Origin: a candidate division WOR-3 bacterium
Lineage (GTDB): Bacteria; Hydrothermota; Tepidihabitantia; SM23-42; CAYGYG01
Assembly: GCA_965648915.1 (NCBI GenBank)
Contig: CBFGIV010000017.1
Coordinates: forward strand, 1 to 41,840
Length of the DNA: 41,840 bases
Direction of reading: 5' to 3'
Shown here: positions 1 to 9,844 of the stretch, one piece after another
How the letters are laid out: the number at the start of each line of letters is the position of its first letter
Position numbering within the stretch: the stretch's first letter is position 1
Notes under the pieces: generated by a model
Told to the model about the DNA's origin: nothing
Database searches by the model: none
The model's input: the letters and a program-made list of their open reading frames with translations, nothing else
Program-made: the position numbers and the translations under genes

Positions 1-58
1 ACTTTCTTAGTCTCTTTAATGGGTATGGTGGGGTAAGGCCTATTTTTAGTTTTTGCAT
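1..58 (-). CDS. 5' end of an unknown CDS running off the left edge (MQKLKIGLTPPYPLKRLRK...)
   Basis: ATG at 58-56 on the minus strand, preceded by SD AAGGAGG; frame is open to the window edge. Confidence 0.55.
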   Translation of the reverse strand, partial: MQKLKIGLTPPYPLKRLRK

Positions 59-332
59 ATCTTCCTCCTTGCCTCATCATACCTTAAAATTCCTAAAAAA
101 TCAAAAGGAAAAGTGGAGAGGACTCAGGTAAAAAATAGCAACCAAAACCCTGGACTTTTTTGGATCTCTGGTGTATAATTCCAAGTACTTAATCAGAACC
201 CATCCCTCGTTTCTGTTTTAATCTTTTCTTGATATCCATAATACGGGGAATGGACTCTTCGGTCAATATCCCCCTTTAAGACTTCTATGACCTGGTTACG
301 ATCTCTCGGTCTATCTACAAAAAATTTATATC

Positions 333-360
333 TTGACAGGATTTAAATCTTAGATATAAT
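333..360 (+). promoter_or_regulatory. sigma70-type promoter of the beta-propeller gene
   Basis: TTGACA (333-338), 16 nt, TATAAT (355-360); both hexamers are perfect consensus. Confidence 0.75.
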
Positions 361-371
361 TCATATAATCC

Positions 372-462
372 GCATGGTCAAAAATTCAAAACAGATTTTA
401 GGCTCAGTAAAGTATCAACTGCATCTGAGCCACGAGTTTAAGATAAGCCATCTTGACCACGC
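372..462 (+). promoter_or_regulatory. Structured 5' leader (candidate cis-regulatory RNA)
   Basis: Nested pairings TGGTCAA 375-381/TTGACCA 453-459, AAATTC 382-387/GAGTTT 434-439 and GGCTCAG 401-407/CTGAGCC 425-431, lying between the promoter and SD AAGGAGG. Confidence 0.35.
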
Positions 463-483
463 ACACTTTGAAAGAAAGGAGGT

Positions 484-2733
484 ATGGTGAAATTCGTGTC
501 TTTCCTCTTATCCGTAGGTATTACTGCCTCACTCTATGCTGCCTGGCAGTCAATCTCTCCACCCGGTGGTTATATGAATACAATAGCCATTTCACCGGTT
601 AATGAGAATATTGTCTATGCTGCCTCCTATTCATATCCAACAAAGATATTCAGATCCACGAACAGAGGAGCAACCTGGACCGAAGCAGGTTCGTTCAATA
701 GTTATTGCTATGCTATGACGGTAAGTCAATCCGGTGTTATATTTGCAGGTTATTATGGATATATCTATAAATCCACAGATGGTGGTAACACCTGGACACA
801 GTCATCATCCTTAGGAAGCACAGGCATATACGACCTTGAGGCACATCCCACTGATGCCAATACAATCTATGGCTGCGGTTACCGATATATCAGTTCAGGA
901 AATAATGCAATAGTCTTCCTAAAAACAACAAATGCTGGAAATAACTGGACTTCTCTTGACATATACAGCGGCGGATATTCTTATGGTTATGGTATCGGAG
1001 TGGACCGCAATAATCCAAATGTTATTTTTGTTGGTGGTAATGGTTATTCAACTACTTATGAACCAAAAATATTCAAATCAACCAATGGCGGGTTAAGTTT
1101 TACTGAGGTCTATTCCTCAACAACGGGCAACTATGTCTATGATGTTGTAGTCAATCCTGGTAATTCAAATATTGTCTATGCCTGTACCTACACTGATGGA
1201 ATATACCGTTCGACCAATGCCGGGACGGACTGGACAAGAGTATCATCAGCATACTACAATTACCGTCTTGGAGTTACACCAGCAAATTCTAATTATGTCT
1301 ATTGTTCGGGATATTACTATTTTTATCGTAGTACTGACGCTGGCGCAACCTGGAGCGACTTGACCTCCGGACTCCCTGCTTACTATCACTGGGGTCTTGC
1401 AGTTAGCCGAGCCAATCATCTGGAAGTCTTAATTGCCAATAGGGCTGGAGTCTTCAAAACAACAAGCGGTGGGGCAACCTGGTCGTTAAGCAGTGATGGC
1501 ATCAATCTGGGATTGCCGGTTGTTGCCATTACTGCCGCACCTTCATTACCTACCACTGTCTATATCCAGGTTGAAGATATCGGTGTATACAAAACGACAA
1601 ATTGTGGTACCAACTGGATTATCTGCCCTTCATTCTCAAGTTGCGGAGATATGTGTGCGATTGCGGTTAAATACAATGACCCCAATTATGTAATGGCGAT
1701 TGAAGGTATGGGTTGAGGAACTGCCCAGGCTTATAAAAGCACAGACGGCGGGTCCGTCTGGTCATTAGCCGACCTTGGTTATTATGAGACTGGTGGGGAT
1801 ATAGTTGCTGACTCCATTAATCCCTCTGTATTCTGGAGTTGCGGTAATTATTTGAACGGTTCGATTTATATAATGGCAGCATCAAAGACCACCGACAATG
1901 GAACAAATTGGACAAGGTATAATCTTGCTACTGGTGCTGGGATGGCACATACGATTGCGATAGACCCAACGAATTCCAGTATAGTCTATGTTGGAGGAAG
2001 TGAAAACAATTTATCTGCTATATACAAAACGACTAACGGCGGAACAAACTGGACAAAACTTATTGCAACCGGTCTGGGTGACACCGTAGTCTTGGCACTG
2101 GCGATTGACCCTTCTTATCCGAATACAATATATGCCGGCACAAACAATGGTTGTTATAAATCAACTGACGGTGGTAATAACTGGACCAATACTGGATGTC
2201 CGGGAGGCATGGTGAACGCGGTCATTGTTAATCGAGGTTCTTCTCTATATGAAGGTATTTATGTCGGTACCCAGACCAATGGTGTATATTTGAGCACAAA
2301 CTGGGGAACATCCTGGACACAGATAAATGAAGGATTGCAAAACCTCCAGATTAACTGTCTCGGAAAAAGTCGAGCTACCTATATTTATGCCGGAACCCAG
2401 ACTAAGGGTATTTATCGCTGGTCAGTCCAGGTGGGTAATGAAGAAGTAGAAAATGATTTTATAACTCAGGATAACAGACTGATTATTAAACCCAATCCTG
2501 CCCGTGGCACATTAACATTCACATACCAAGTACATAGACCATCAAATGCCCTTCTTGCCATTTATGACATCCAGGGAAGATTGATAAGACTATTAAGCAA
2601 CAAACACCATCCTGTGGGGACATATTCCTTATCCTGGGACTGTCCCAGCAAAGAGATACCAGCAGGGGTTTACTTCTGCAGGTTGCATACTGAAGACCTG
2701 AATCTCCTGAAGAGATTCATTATTGTTAAATAA
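484..2733 (+). CDS. Secreted BNR/Asp-box repeat beta-propeller protein with C-terminal T9SS/FlgD-like sorting domain, 749 codons, containing one in-frame UGA at 1714-1716 (candidate selenocysteine or readthrough)
   Basis: Signal peptide, many (S/T)xxxGxxW Asp boxes, and CTD 'PNP...IYDIQGRLIR...GVYF...KRFIIVK'. ORFs 484-1716 and 1852-2733 share a frame, and 1717-1851 is stop-free and encodes another Asp box (YKSTDGGSVW). Confidence 0.8.
1728..1770 (+). promoter_or_regulatory. Candidate bacterial SECIS or readthrough stem-loop
   Basis: Perfect 7-bp stem CAGACGG 1742-1748/CCGTCTG 1754-1760 with loop CGGGU; lower stem GGCUUAU 1728-1734/AUUAGCC 1764-1770 (one U-U mismatch) starting 11 nt after the UGA. 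Confidence 0.5.
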
Positions 2734-2746
2734 AAAATAAAGAGTG

Positions 2747-2773
2747 AAAAAGGGCAGGGTAAATCCCCTGCCC
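2747..2773 (-). terminator. Intrinsic terminator hairpin with U-tract on the minus strand; may also stop the + strand gene
   Basis: GGGCAGGG 2752-2759/CCCTGCCC 2766-2773, preceded by AAAAA on the + strand. Confidence 0.65.
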
Positions 2774-3029
2774 CCCTGCATTTACTTATAATTCCGCCCA
2801 ACTGGCCAGTTTTACTCATAAGTTGTAGCACCACCAAGGGATTGTCGCCCTTCGATAAGCAGGGTGATTATAATATAAGATCCGGCTTTTATCGAGCCCC
2901 CCTGGTTTACAAACCATTGCTATTTCAAATACTTATCTGTCTTATCAATATCATCTCCGCGATGTAGTGTAAACCATTATTTTAAGTAATTGTCTAAAAT
3001 ATGCTAAAAAATAAAAGCCATCACAATGC

Positions 3030-3057
3030 TTGACAAATGGAATTTTTGATATATATT
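3030..3057 (+). promoter_or_regulatory. Promoter of grpE-dnaK-dnaJ, probably giving a leaderless mRNA
   Basis: TTGACA-16-TATATT; 7 nt separate the -10 from the ATG; no SD. Confidence 0.65.
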
Positions 3058-3064
3058 TGTCTTT

Positions 3065-3586
3065 ATGAAAAAGAAAGGGCCTGTCTCAAAACTGAAGGAA
3101 GAATTGCTTATCGCCCGGCGGGAAGCAAAGGAACATTTCGATAGTTATCTCCGGGCACTTGCCGACCTGGATAATTATCGAAAGCGAATGGAGAAGGAGT
3201 TTGCCAATTTCAAGATTTATGCCAATGAGCAACTCCTGACCCAGTTGATTGCGGTTATGGACAGTTTTGACCGGGCTCTTGCCGCGGGTGAGATAGATGT
3301 AAATTTCGAAAACTTTTATAAAGGGGTCTCGATGATCTACCGCTATCTGAAGGAGATCCTTGAAAAATGGGGATTAAAGGAGTTTTCCAGCAGTGGGGAA
3401 ACTTTTAATCCTGAACGACATGAGGCGGTAAATATCGTTGAAACCAACGATGTCCCGCCCGATACAATCGTTGAGGAGATCAGTAAAGGTTATATGTTAG
3501 GAGAAAAAATTTTAAAACCGGCACAGGTCACTGTTGCTAAACCGTGTCCGGAAAAGAAAGAAGAAGGAGGTAATGAGAATGGCTAA
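3065..3586 (+). CDS. grpE: Nucleotide exchange factor GrpE
   Basis: [22 protein letters not shown] and [15 protein letters not shown] motifs; directly upstream of dnaK. Confidence 0.96.
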   Translation: MKKKGPVSKLKEELLIARREAKEHFDSYLRALADLDNYRKRMEKEFANFKIYANEQLLTQLIAVMDSFDRALAAGEIDVNFENFYKGVSMIYRYLKEILEKWGLKEFSSSGETFNPERHEAVNIVETNDVPPDTIVEEISKGYMLGEKILKPAQVTVAKPCPEKKEEGGNENG

Positions 3587-5477
3587 AGTAATAGGTATTG
3601 ATTTAGGAACAACCAATTCATGTGTTGCGGTGATGGAGGCAAATCAACCAGTTGTCATACCAAATCCTGAGGGAGGAAGGACGACACCATCAGTAGTTGG
3701 CTTTTCAAAAACTGGTGAGAGGCTGGTCGGTCCCCTGGCCAAACGCCAGGCAGTGACCAATGCGGTCAATACGATCTATTCGATAAAGCGTTTTATGGGC
3801 CGGAGGTTCTCTGAAGTTTCACGAGAAGCGGCTCGGGTACCATTTAAGGTAATCGAAGCAGCAAATGGTGATGCCTGGGTAACAGCCGGAGGGAAAGAAT
3901 ACTCACCTCCTGAAATCTCAGCAATGATTCTTATGTACTTAAAGCAGGCAGCAGAGAGTTATCTTGGCGAACCGGTTAAACAGGCGGTGATAACGGTCCC
4001 GGCTTACTTCAATGATTCACAGCGGAATGCAACCAAAGATGCAGGGAAGATTGCCGGCCTCGAGGTCTTGAGGATTATCAACGAACCAACTGCAGCATCG
4101 CTCGCCTATGGTCTCGACAAAAAGAAGAACCAGAAGATCGCCGTCTATGATCTTGGCGGCGGAACATTCGATATTTCCATTCTCGACATCGGCGAAGGGG
4201 TATTTGAAGTAAAATCGACCAATGGTGATACCCATCTTGGTGGCGATGACTTCGATGAGCGGATTGTTAACTGGCTGGCTGAGGAGTTTATGAGAGAAAA
4301 TGGCATCGATTTGAGAAAAGACCTGACTGCCCTCCAGCGTTTAAAGGAAGCAGCGGAAAAGGCAAAGTGTGAATTATCGACCGTGATGGAGACATTGATC
4401 AGTCTTCCATTTATCGCCTCGGACAAAGTACGGGGCACAATGCACCTTGAGATGAAACTGACCCGGGCCAAATTAGAGAGTCTACTTGAAGATCTGGTTT
4501 TAAAGACAATCCCCCCGGTCAAACAGGCACTGATCGATGCCGGACTCAAGGCTGAAGAGATTGATGAGGTAATTCTGGTTGGTGGTCAGACCCGGATGCC
4601 CCGGGTTCAGGCCGTGGTCAGGGAATTTTTTGGTAAGGAACCACACAAGGGGATCAATCCCGATGAGGTCGTTGCAATCGGTGCGGCAATTCAAGGAGCA
4701 GTGCTCAGCGGCCAGGTTAAGGATCTGCTTCTGCTCGATGTGACACCCCTCTCCCTCGGCATCGAAACACTGGGTGGGGTTATGACGACGATCATTCCCC
4801 GTAACACGACTGTCCCGACCAGGAAGGCCCAGATCTTCACAACGGCCGAAGATAATCAGACCGCAGTAACCGTCCATGTCCTGCAGGGTGAACGGCCTAT
4901 GGCTGCCGATAATCGAACCTTGGGCCGATTTGAACTTTACGGCATTCCTCCCGCACCCAGGGGTATTCCTCAGATTGAGGTATCATTTGATATCGATGCT
5001 GATGGAATTCTCCATGTCGGGGCCAAAGACCTTGGCACAGGGAAAGAGCAGAAGATCAAGATAACTGCCTCGAGTGGGCTTACCAAAGAGGAGATCGAGC
5101 GGATGACGAAAGAGGCTGAAGCCCATGAGGCTGAGGACCGCAGGATGCGCGAACTGATTGAAGAGCGAAATCGGGCCGATACACTGATCTATTCGATGGA
5201 ACGCAACTTAAAAGACCTGGGTGACAAGATCGATCCTGCAATCCGGAGCGAAGTCGAATCTAAGATAAATAACCTCAAGGAAGTTATGCGCGGGAATGAT
5301 ATAAACAGCATCAAGAAGGCGATCGAGGAACTGCAGTCAATCAGTCACAGGATGAGTGAAGCACTTTACCGTCAGACTGCTCAGACCGGTAAAACCACTG
5401 AAGAAGGTCCGAAGTCACAGGACACTGGTGAAAAGTCAGACACCGATTACCGGGTGGTCGACGACCAGGAGAAATAA
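3579..5477 (+). CDS. dnaK: Chaperone DnaK (Hsp70)
   Basis: [18 protein letters not shown] and [11 protein letters not shown] motifs; start moved to ATG 3579 after SD AAGGAGG 3564-3570. Confidence 0.99.
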   Translation: MAKVIGIDLGTTNSCVAVMEANQPVVIPNPEGGRTTPSVVGFSKTGERLVGPLAKRQAVTNAVNTIYSIKRFMGRRFSEVSREAARVPFKVIEAANGDAWVTAGGKEYSPPEISAMILMYLKQAAESYLGEPVKQAVITVPAYFNDSQRNATKDAGKIAGLEVLRIINEPTAASLAYGLDKKKNQKIAVYDLGGGTFDISILDIGEGVFEVKSTNGDTHLGGDDFDERIVNWLAEEFMRENGIDLRKDLTALQRLKEAAEKAKCELSTVMETLISLPFIASDKVRGTMHLEMKLTRAKLESLLEDLVLKTIPPVKQALIDAGLKAEEIDEVILVGGQTRMPRVQAVVREFFGKEPHKGINPDEVVAIGAAIQGAVLSGQVKDLLLLDVTPLSLGIETLGGVMTTIIPRNTTVPTRKAQIFTTAEDNQTAVTVHVLQGERPMAADNRTLGRFELYGIPPAPRGIPQIEVSFDIDADGILHVGAKDLGTGKEQKIKITASSGLTKEEIERMTKEAEAHEAEDRRMRELIEERNRADTLIYSMERNLKDLGDKIDPAIRSEVESKINNLKEVMRGNDINSIKKAIEELQSISHRMSEALYRQTAQTGKTTEEGPKSQDTGEKSDTDYRVVDDQEK

Positions 5478-5533
5478 GGACAGAGTAAGTCTCAGGAAAC
5501 CACGCTCATAACTCAACCGGGGAAGAGCCTGCA

Positions 5534-6631
5534 ATGAAAAAAGACTATTACGAAATACTCGGTGTTCCAAAAGGGGCTTCGGAAGAGGAGATAAAAAAGG
5601 CCTATCGCAACCTGGCAAAAAAATACCACCCCGACCTGAATCCTGACAATAAAAAAGAGGCCGAAGAGAAGTTTAAAGAAATCTCAGAGGCCTACGAGGT
5701 CCTGATGGATCCAGAAAAGAGACGCCTCTATGATCAGTATGGTCATGAAGGGGTCTCCCAGACATTCAGAACCGGTGGCTTCACCTGGGAAGATTTCACA
5801 CACTTTACTGATCTTGAAGATATCCTCGGCGATTTCTTCGGTGGTTCAATATTCAACTCTTTCTTTGGCCGACCTACCCGAAGGGCAACATCAAAACGGG
5901 GTGGTGATATTCACTTAAAACTCAGAGTCTCCCTCGAGGAGATCTATAGCGGAGGATTAAAGACATTCAAGATCGATCGATATGAAAGATGTGAAGAATG
6001 CCAGGGTAAAGGTGGTACGGGCGAGGTGACCTGTGTCCAGTGCGCGGGTAGCGGTCAGATCAGGACCCAGACGCGCAGTCTCTTCGGCTTTGTTACCAAT
6101 ATCATCCCCTGCCCCAGGTGTGAAGGCAGGGGTCAGATTATAAAGAATCCCTGTCGGAAGTGCGGTGGGGCAAGGCGTATCAAGAAGACCCGGACATTTG
6201 AAATCAAGGTCCCGATCGGTGTTGCCAGCGGTCAATATATCTCTCTACGCAATGAGGGCCACTGGAATATCGGTGGTAAAGGAGATGTTATTGTCGAGTT
6301 TGAAGAAAAAGAGCATCCGATCTTCACTCGGGACAATGACCGCCTCATCGCCCAACTCTTTGTGCCCTATTCGGCACTGGTCCTGGGTGGTGAGGTTGAG
6401 ATCGAAACCCTGGGTGGTAGGGAAAAGATAAAGATACCGGGTGGAACCCAGAGCGGAGAGATTATAAGAGTTCGTGGCCGAGGAATGCCGAGGCTCGGAG
6501 GTGGTAAAGGTGACCTGATCCTCGAGATAATTGCACAGACATTAGATAAGAATAACGGCAAGGTAAAAAAGATCCTTGAAGATTTGATGCCATTCGAAAA
6601 TAAACCCTTCTTAAAAAAGAAAAACCTTTAA
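5534..6631 (+). CDS. dnaJ: Chaperone DnaJ
   Basis: J domain with HPD, G/F-rich region, four CxxCxG repeats. Confidence 0.98.
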   Translation: MKKDYYEILGVPKGASEEEIKKAYRNLAKKYHPDLNPDNKKEAEEKFKEISEAYEVLMDPEKRRLYDQYGHEGVSQTFRTGGFTWEDFTHFTDLEDILGDFFGGSIFNSFFGRPTRRATSKRGGDIHLKLRVSLEEIYSGGLKTFKIDRYERCEECQGKGGTGEVTCVQCAGSGQIRTQTRSLFGFVTNIIPCPRCEGRGQIIKNPCRKCGGARRIKKTRTFEIKVPIGVASGQYISLRNEGHWNIGGKGDVIVEFEEKEHPIFTRDNDRLIAQLFVPYSALVLGGEVEIETLGGREKIKIPGGTQSGEIIRVRGRGMPRLGGGKGDLILEIIAQTLDKNNGKVKKILEDLMPFENKPFLKKKNL

Positions 6632-7339
6632 GTGGAACTCTTCTATACACCATCCTCGAATATCACGCAAAAAGACTTCCTCATAACCAATAGCGAAGCC
6701 CGGCATATTATAAGAGTATTACGTAAAAAAATAGATGATGAACTATTCTTTACCGATGGCTGTGGTTGGCAGTATCGTGGTCGGATTACCGAAATGAGAA
6801 ATCTGGTCATTAAAGGTGAAGTACTCGAATCGACCTTTATCCCGCGTGAGCCCGGTGTTCGATTAACTCTGGCTTTTGGATTACTTAAAGGTGCACGTAA
6901 TGATTTCTTAATTGAGAAATGCACCGAACTCGGAGTCTATGCATTTCAACCTTTTCTCTCTCGGTATTCGGTTATTCACAAGCCCGGTCCGAATAAGATT
7001 CTTAGATTCTCAAAGATTGCTCAGGCCGCGATGAAACAGTCGCTCCGCACCATCCTCCCTGCAATCTTACCCGTTATCCCCTTTTCAACCCTGATCGATA
7101 ATTTAAAAGATTTTAATCATGTCCTGGTTGCCGATCCGAACGGACCTGTATCCCTGGACACCCGGGATCTATCCGGTCAATCCTCTCTTCTTATTATTGG
7201 CCCGGAAGGCGGTCTTGCCCGTGAAGAGATTGATGCATTATTGATAAAAGGGGCAAAATCTTTCTCCTTAGGCAAGACCCGCCTCCGGAGTGAGACTGCT
7301 GCCCTGGCTGCAACCGCTCGAATTTTATTATCTCAATAG
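6632..7339 (+). CDS. rsmE: 16S rRNA m3U1498 methyltransferase RsmE
   Basis: HIIRVLR, EKCTELGV, IGPEGG and LRSETA motifs; usual position after dnaJ. Confidence 0.95.
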   Translation: MELFYTPSSNITQKDFLITNSEARHIIRVLRKKIDDELFFTDGCGWQYRGRITEMRNLVIKGEVLESTFIPREPGVRLTLAFGLLKGARNDFLIEKCTELGVYAFQPFLSRYSVIHKPGPNKILRFSKIAQAAMKQSLRTILPAILPVIPFSTLIDNLKDFNHVLVADPNGPVSLDTRDLSGQSSLLIIGPEGGLAREEIDALLIKGAKSFSLGKTRLRSETAALAATARILLSQ

Positions 7340-7363
7340 CCCTTTACCTTCAAGGAGGTTTTT

Positions 7364-8395
7364 ATGCTCAATATTTTCCTTTTACTGTTATCAATCGGTG
7401 TTTCCGGTGGTGGCACATTCTCAATCGCCGCAGTAGATACCGCCACCGCTGAATTCGGTATCGCAGTTGCATCCCGGGTCCTCGATGTCGGTTATATCGT
7501 CCCCTGGATTGAACCAGCAATAGGGGCTGTTGCAACCCAGGCCCTGGCCAATCCTTATCTGGGGAGATGGGCCTTAGAAGAGATGGAAAAAGGCAAGACC
7601 GCGGATGAGGTCCTTAAGATTATCATCGATCGTGATTCAACCCCTGAAGAGCGACAGGTTGGGATCGTGGACGCAAAAGGCAATGCAGCAGCATTTACGG
7701 GAAAGAACACCCTCAGTTGGGCCGGACACCGAACTGAAGCGGGCGTCTCAATCCAGGGCAACATCCTTGCCGGTCCTGAGGTAATCAATTGTATGTTTGA
7801 AAAATTTCAGAAGACTGAAGGTCCACTCGCCGAAAGACTCCTCGCCGCGCTTGAAGCGGGTGAGGCAGCGGGAGGTGATAGAAGGGGAAAACAGTCAGCC
7901 GCCCTATACGTCTGGCGCAAACGCGGTGGCTATCAGGGTGCAAATGACCAGCTGGTCATCTTAAAAGTTGTCGATAATCCTGAACCAGTAAAAGAATTGA
8001 GAAGGGAGTATGAACTCTGGCAGTATGCATTTCTCGCCCCGGCCTATATCCGTCTTGCAACTGAAGAACAGGACAGGACCTCAATCTTCCTTGACCGTGC
8101 TCACGCCCTTCTGGTCAAGGCATTGAATAGCAATATGGATAATGCTGAAGTCTATAATTCACTCGCTTGGGAATTTGCTTTGAGAAAAGTCTATCCAGAA
8201 GAGGTGATTACAGCCGCCGAAAGGGCTCATAAACTCGATCCCGACGACCCCAATATTATGGACACCCTGGCTGAGGCCTATTATGCGGCCGGTGATTACA
8301 AAAAGGCGATCCACTGGGAAAGATCGGCGTTGAAGATCGAACCGAATAATAAGTTCTTCCAGAAACAACTTGAGCGCTTCAAAAAGAGAAAATAA
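7364..8395 (+). CDS. Exported DUF1028 (Ntn-hydrolase-like) protein with C-terminal TPR
   Basis: Signal peptide followed by TFSIAA; GAVATQA, QGNIL and GGDRRGKQSAAL motifs; TPR-like helices at the C-terminus. Confidence 0.85.
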   Translation: MLNIFLLLLSIGVSGGGTFSIAAVDTATAEFGIAVASRVLDVGYIVPWIEPAIGAVATQALANPYLGRWALEEMEKGKTADEVLKIIIDRDSTPEERQVGIVDAKGNAAAFTGKNTLSWAGHRTEAGVSIQGNILAGPEVINCMFEKFQKTEGPLAERLLAALEAGEAAGGDRRGKQSAALYVWRKRGGYQGANDQLVILKVVDNPEPVKELRREYELWQYAFLAPAYIRLATEEQDRTSIFLDRAHALLVKALNSNMDNAEVYNSLAWEFALRKVYPEEVITAAERAHKLDPDDPNIMDTLAEAYYAAGDYKKAIHWERSALKIEPNNKFFQKQLERFKKRK

Positions 8396-8410
8396 AGTAA
8401 CAAAAAATAG

Positions 8411-8438
8411 TTGAAATTGACAGAGCCTTGGATATAAT
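8411..8438 (+). promoter_or_regulatory. Promoter
   Basis: TTGAAA-16-TATAAT; SD AGGAGGTG before ATG 8489. Confidence 0.55.
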
Positions 8439-8488
8439 CTTCAGTTCAATTTAAAACATCTCTACCATTTTTAAGTAGGAGGTGAGTA

Positions 8489-9736
8489 ATGATTATCTTT
8501 TTTATATTCTTTGCTTGGTATCGATTCCCGATCGATACTGCAATGGGTGAAGGAACGAGTATCGCCATTGACCAGAGCCATCGCCCCCATCTCTTCTATT
8601 ACCAGTCGTCCCGTTTATTTCACAGTTACTGGGATGGTTCCCGATGGCACAAAGACTTTATCGATTCTGCTGCCAGTTACCACAATGGTGGGCCGGGTGT
8701 TGTGATTGATAATCAGGGGAGGTTTCATATTGCATTCTTTAACCGAAGGGAAAGATTGAGTTATGGCTATTATGATCAGGGCTGGAAGATCGAAACGGTG
8801 GACACGGCATTTCGAACCGGTGACTATTGCGATATCGCTTTAGACCGGAATCAGCGACCCGGTATTGCCTATCATCGCAGCACCGGGACCTTTTCCGGTT
8901 ATCTCCGATATGCTGTGAAGACTGGTAGCGCGTGGCAGATTTATGAACACAGTTCAGAATATGGCGGTTATAATGCATCGCTGGAACTTGACAGTCTTGA
9001 CCACCCTCATATTTCCGACTGTACATCATGGAGCACCGGTGATCTCCGTTATATCTATTATGATAGCCAGGGCTGGCATTATATAAAACCGACCGGCACA
9101 ACCACCTATACCGAGAGTTACAGTTCGATCGCCCTCGATGCCCAGGACCGTCCCCAGATCAGTTTCTACTGGGCCGGTGGTGGCGGAGATAATTTCGACT
9201 TAAGATTTACCGAGAAGAACACCTGTACCTGGCGGGTGCATCCAGTTGATCACGGGATTCGGCTCGACAAACGAGGCTGGGAAAATAGAATTGTGATTGA
9301 TGGTGGTGGTTTGCTCCACATTGTCTATCACTGTCATAATAGCAATCTATTAAAATATGCCCGGGGCCAGGAAGGAAACTGGACAACACAGATCGTTGAT
9401 ACAATTGGTGGATACAGTGCCAACACCTCAATTGCCCTTGATGGTAGCGATGTCTTTCTCGGTTATTGTGATGAAATTTCAACCGATGTCTGGATTGCCT
9501 CAACCAGGAATTTTGTCGAGATCGCGGAGACAAAAAACAAGGCCACCCGCCCCTCTGGATTTAAAATTATCAATGGTCCTTTCCGGGCTACAGGGCCACT
9601 GCAAATCTATGATATAACCGGGCAGATGATCCTTGCTCATAATCTTAAATCCGAGCAGTTAGTTAAGATCGATCACCCTGGCATCTATTTCTTAAAGACC
9701 AAAAATGTAACATATAAGATTATCATCATTCGCTAA
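8489..9736 (+). CDS. Secreted beta-propeller protein with degenerate T9SS-like CTD
   Basis: Short hydrophobic N-terminus, repeated SIALDxxxxPHIxY blades, C-terminal 'IYDITGQ...GIYFLK...KIIIIR'. Confidence 0.75.
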   Translation: MIIFFIFFAWYRFPIDTAMGEGTSIAIDQSHRPHLFYYQSSRLFHSYWDGSRWHKDFIDSAASYHNGGPGVVIDNQGRFHIAFFNRRERLSYGYYDQGWKIETVDTAFRTGDYCDIALDRNQRPGIAYHRSTGTFSGYLRYAVKTGSAWQIYEHSSEYGGYNASLELDSLDHPHISDCTSWSTGDLRYIYYDSQGWHYIKPTGTTTYTESYSSIALDAQDRPQISFYWAGGGGDNFDLRFTEKNTCTWRVHPVDHGIRLDKRGWENRIVIDGGGLLHIVYHCHNSNLLKYARGQEGNWTTQIVDTIGGYSANTSIALDGSDVFLGYCDEISTDVWIASTRNFVEIAETKNKATRPSGFKIINGPFRATGPLQIYDITGQMILAHNLKSEQLVKIDHPGIYFLKTKNVTYKIIIIR

Positions 9737-9810
9737 AAGGGTAGATTCTTTATAAAAGATCCAGAGTATCAAGCGCGCGAAGATAACTAAAGACTCTTTA
9801 CATAACCCCC

Positions 9811-9839
9811 TTGACTTCTTCACATCAGAGCAATATAAT
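9811..9839 (+). promoter_or_regulatory. Promoter of the glg pair, leaderless geometry
   Basis: TTGACT-17-TATAAT; 5 nt to the ATG; no SD. Confidence 0.7.
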
Positions 9840-9844
9840 GGGAT

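Noticed and set aside
175..265. IHF-like CAAGTACTTA (similar text near 2926 and 38933) and imperfect inverted repeat CCATCCCTCGT/ACGGGGAATGG
   Set aside because: Too degenerate in AT-rich DNA, and no recombinase or transposase nearby.
1714..1716. Genome-wide UGA reassignment (code 4 or 25)
   Set aside because: Several genes end at TGA, often in ATGA/TGATG overlaps (17826, 22351, 35811, 36401), and conserved proteins have no internal TGA.
1852..2733. Independent 293-aa gene starting at TTG 1852
   Set aside because: No good SD or signal peptide, and coding-like sequence extends upstream in frame to the UGA; treated as the 3' half of 484-2733.
6629..6634. dnaJ TAA directly followed in frame by rsmE GTG, as possible readthrough fusion
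   Set aside because: Both proteins are complete and normally separate; simple translational coupling explains it.
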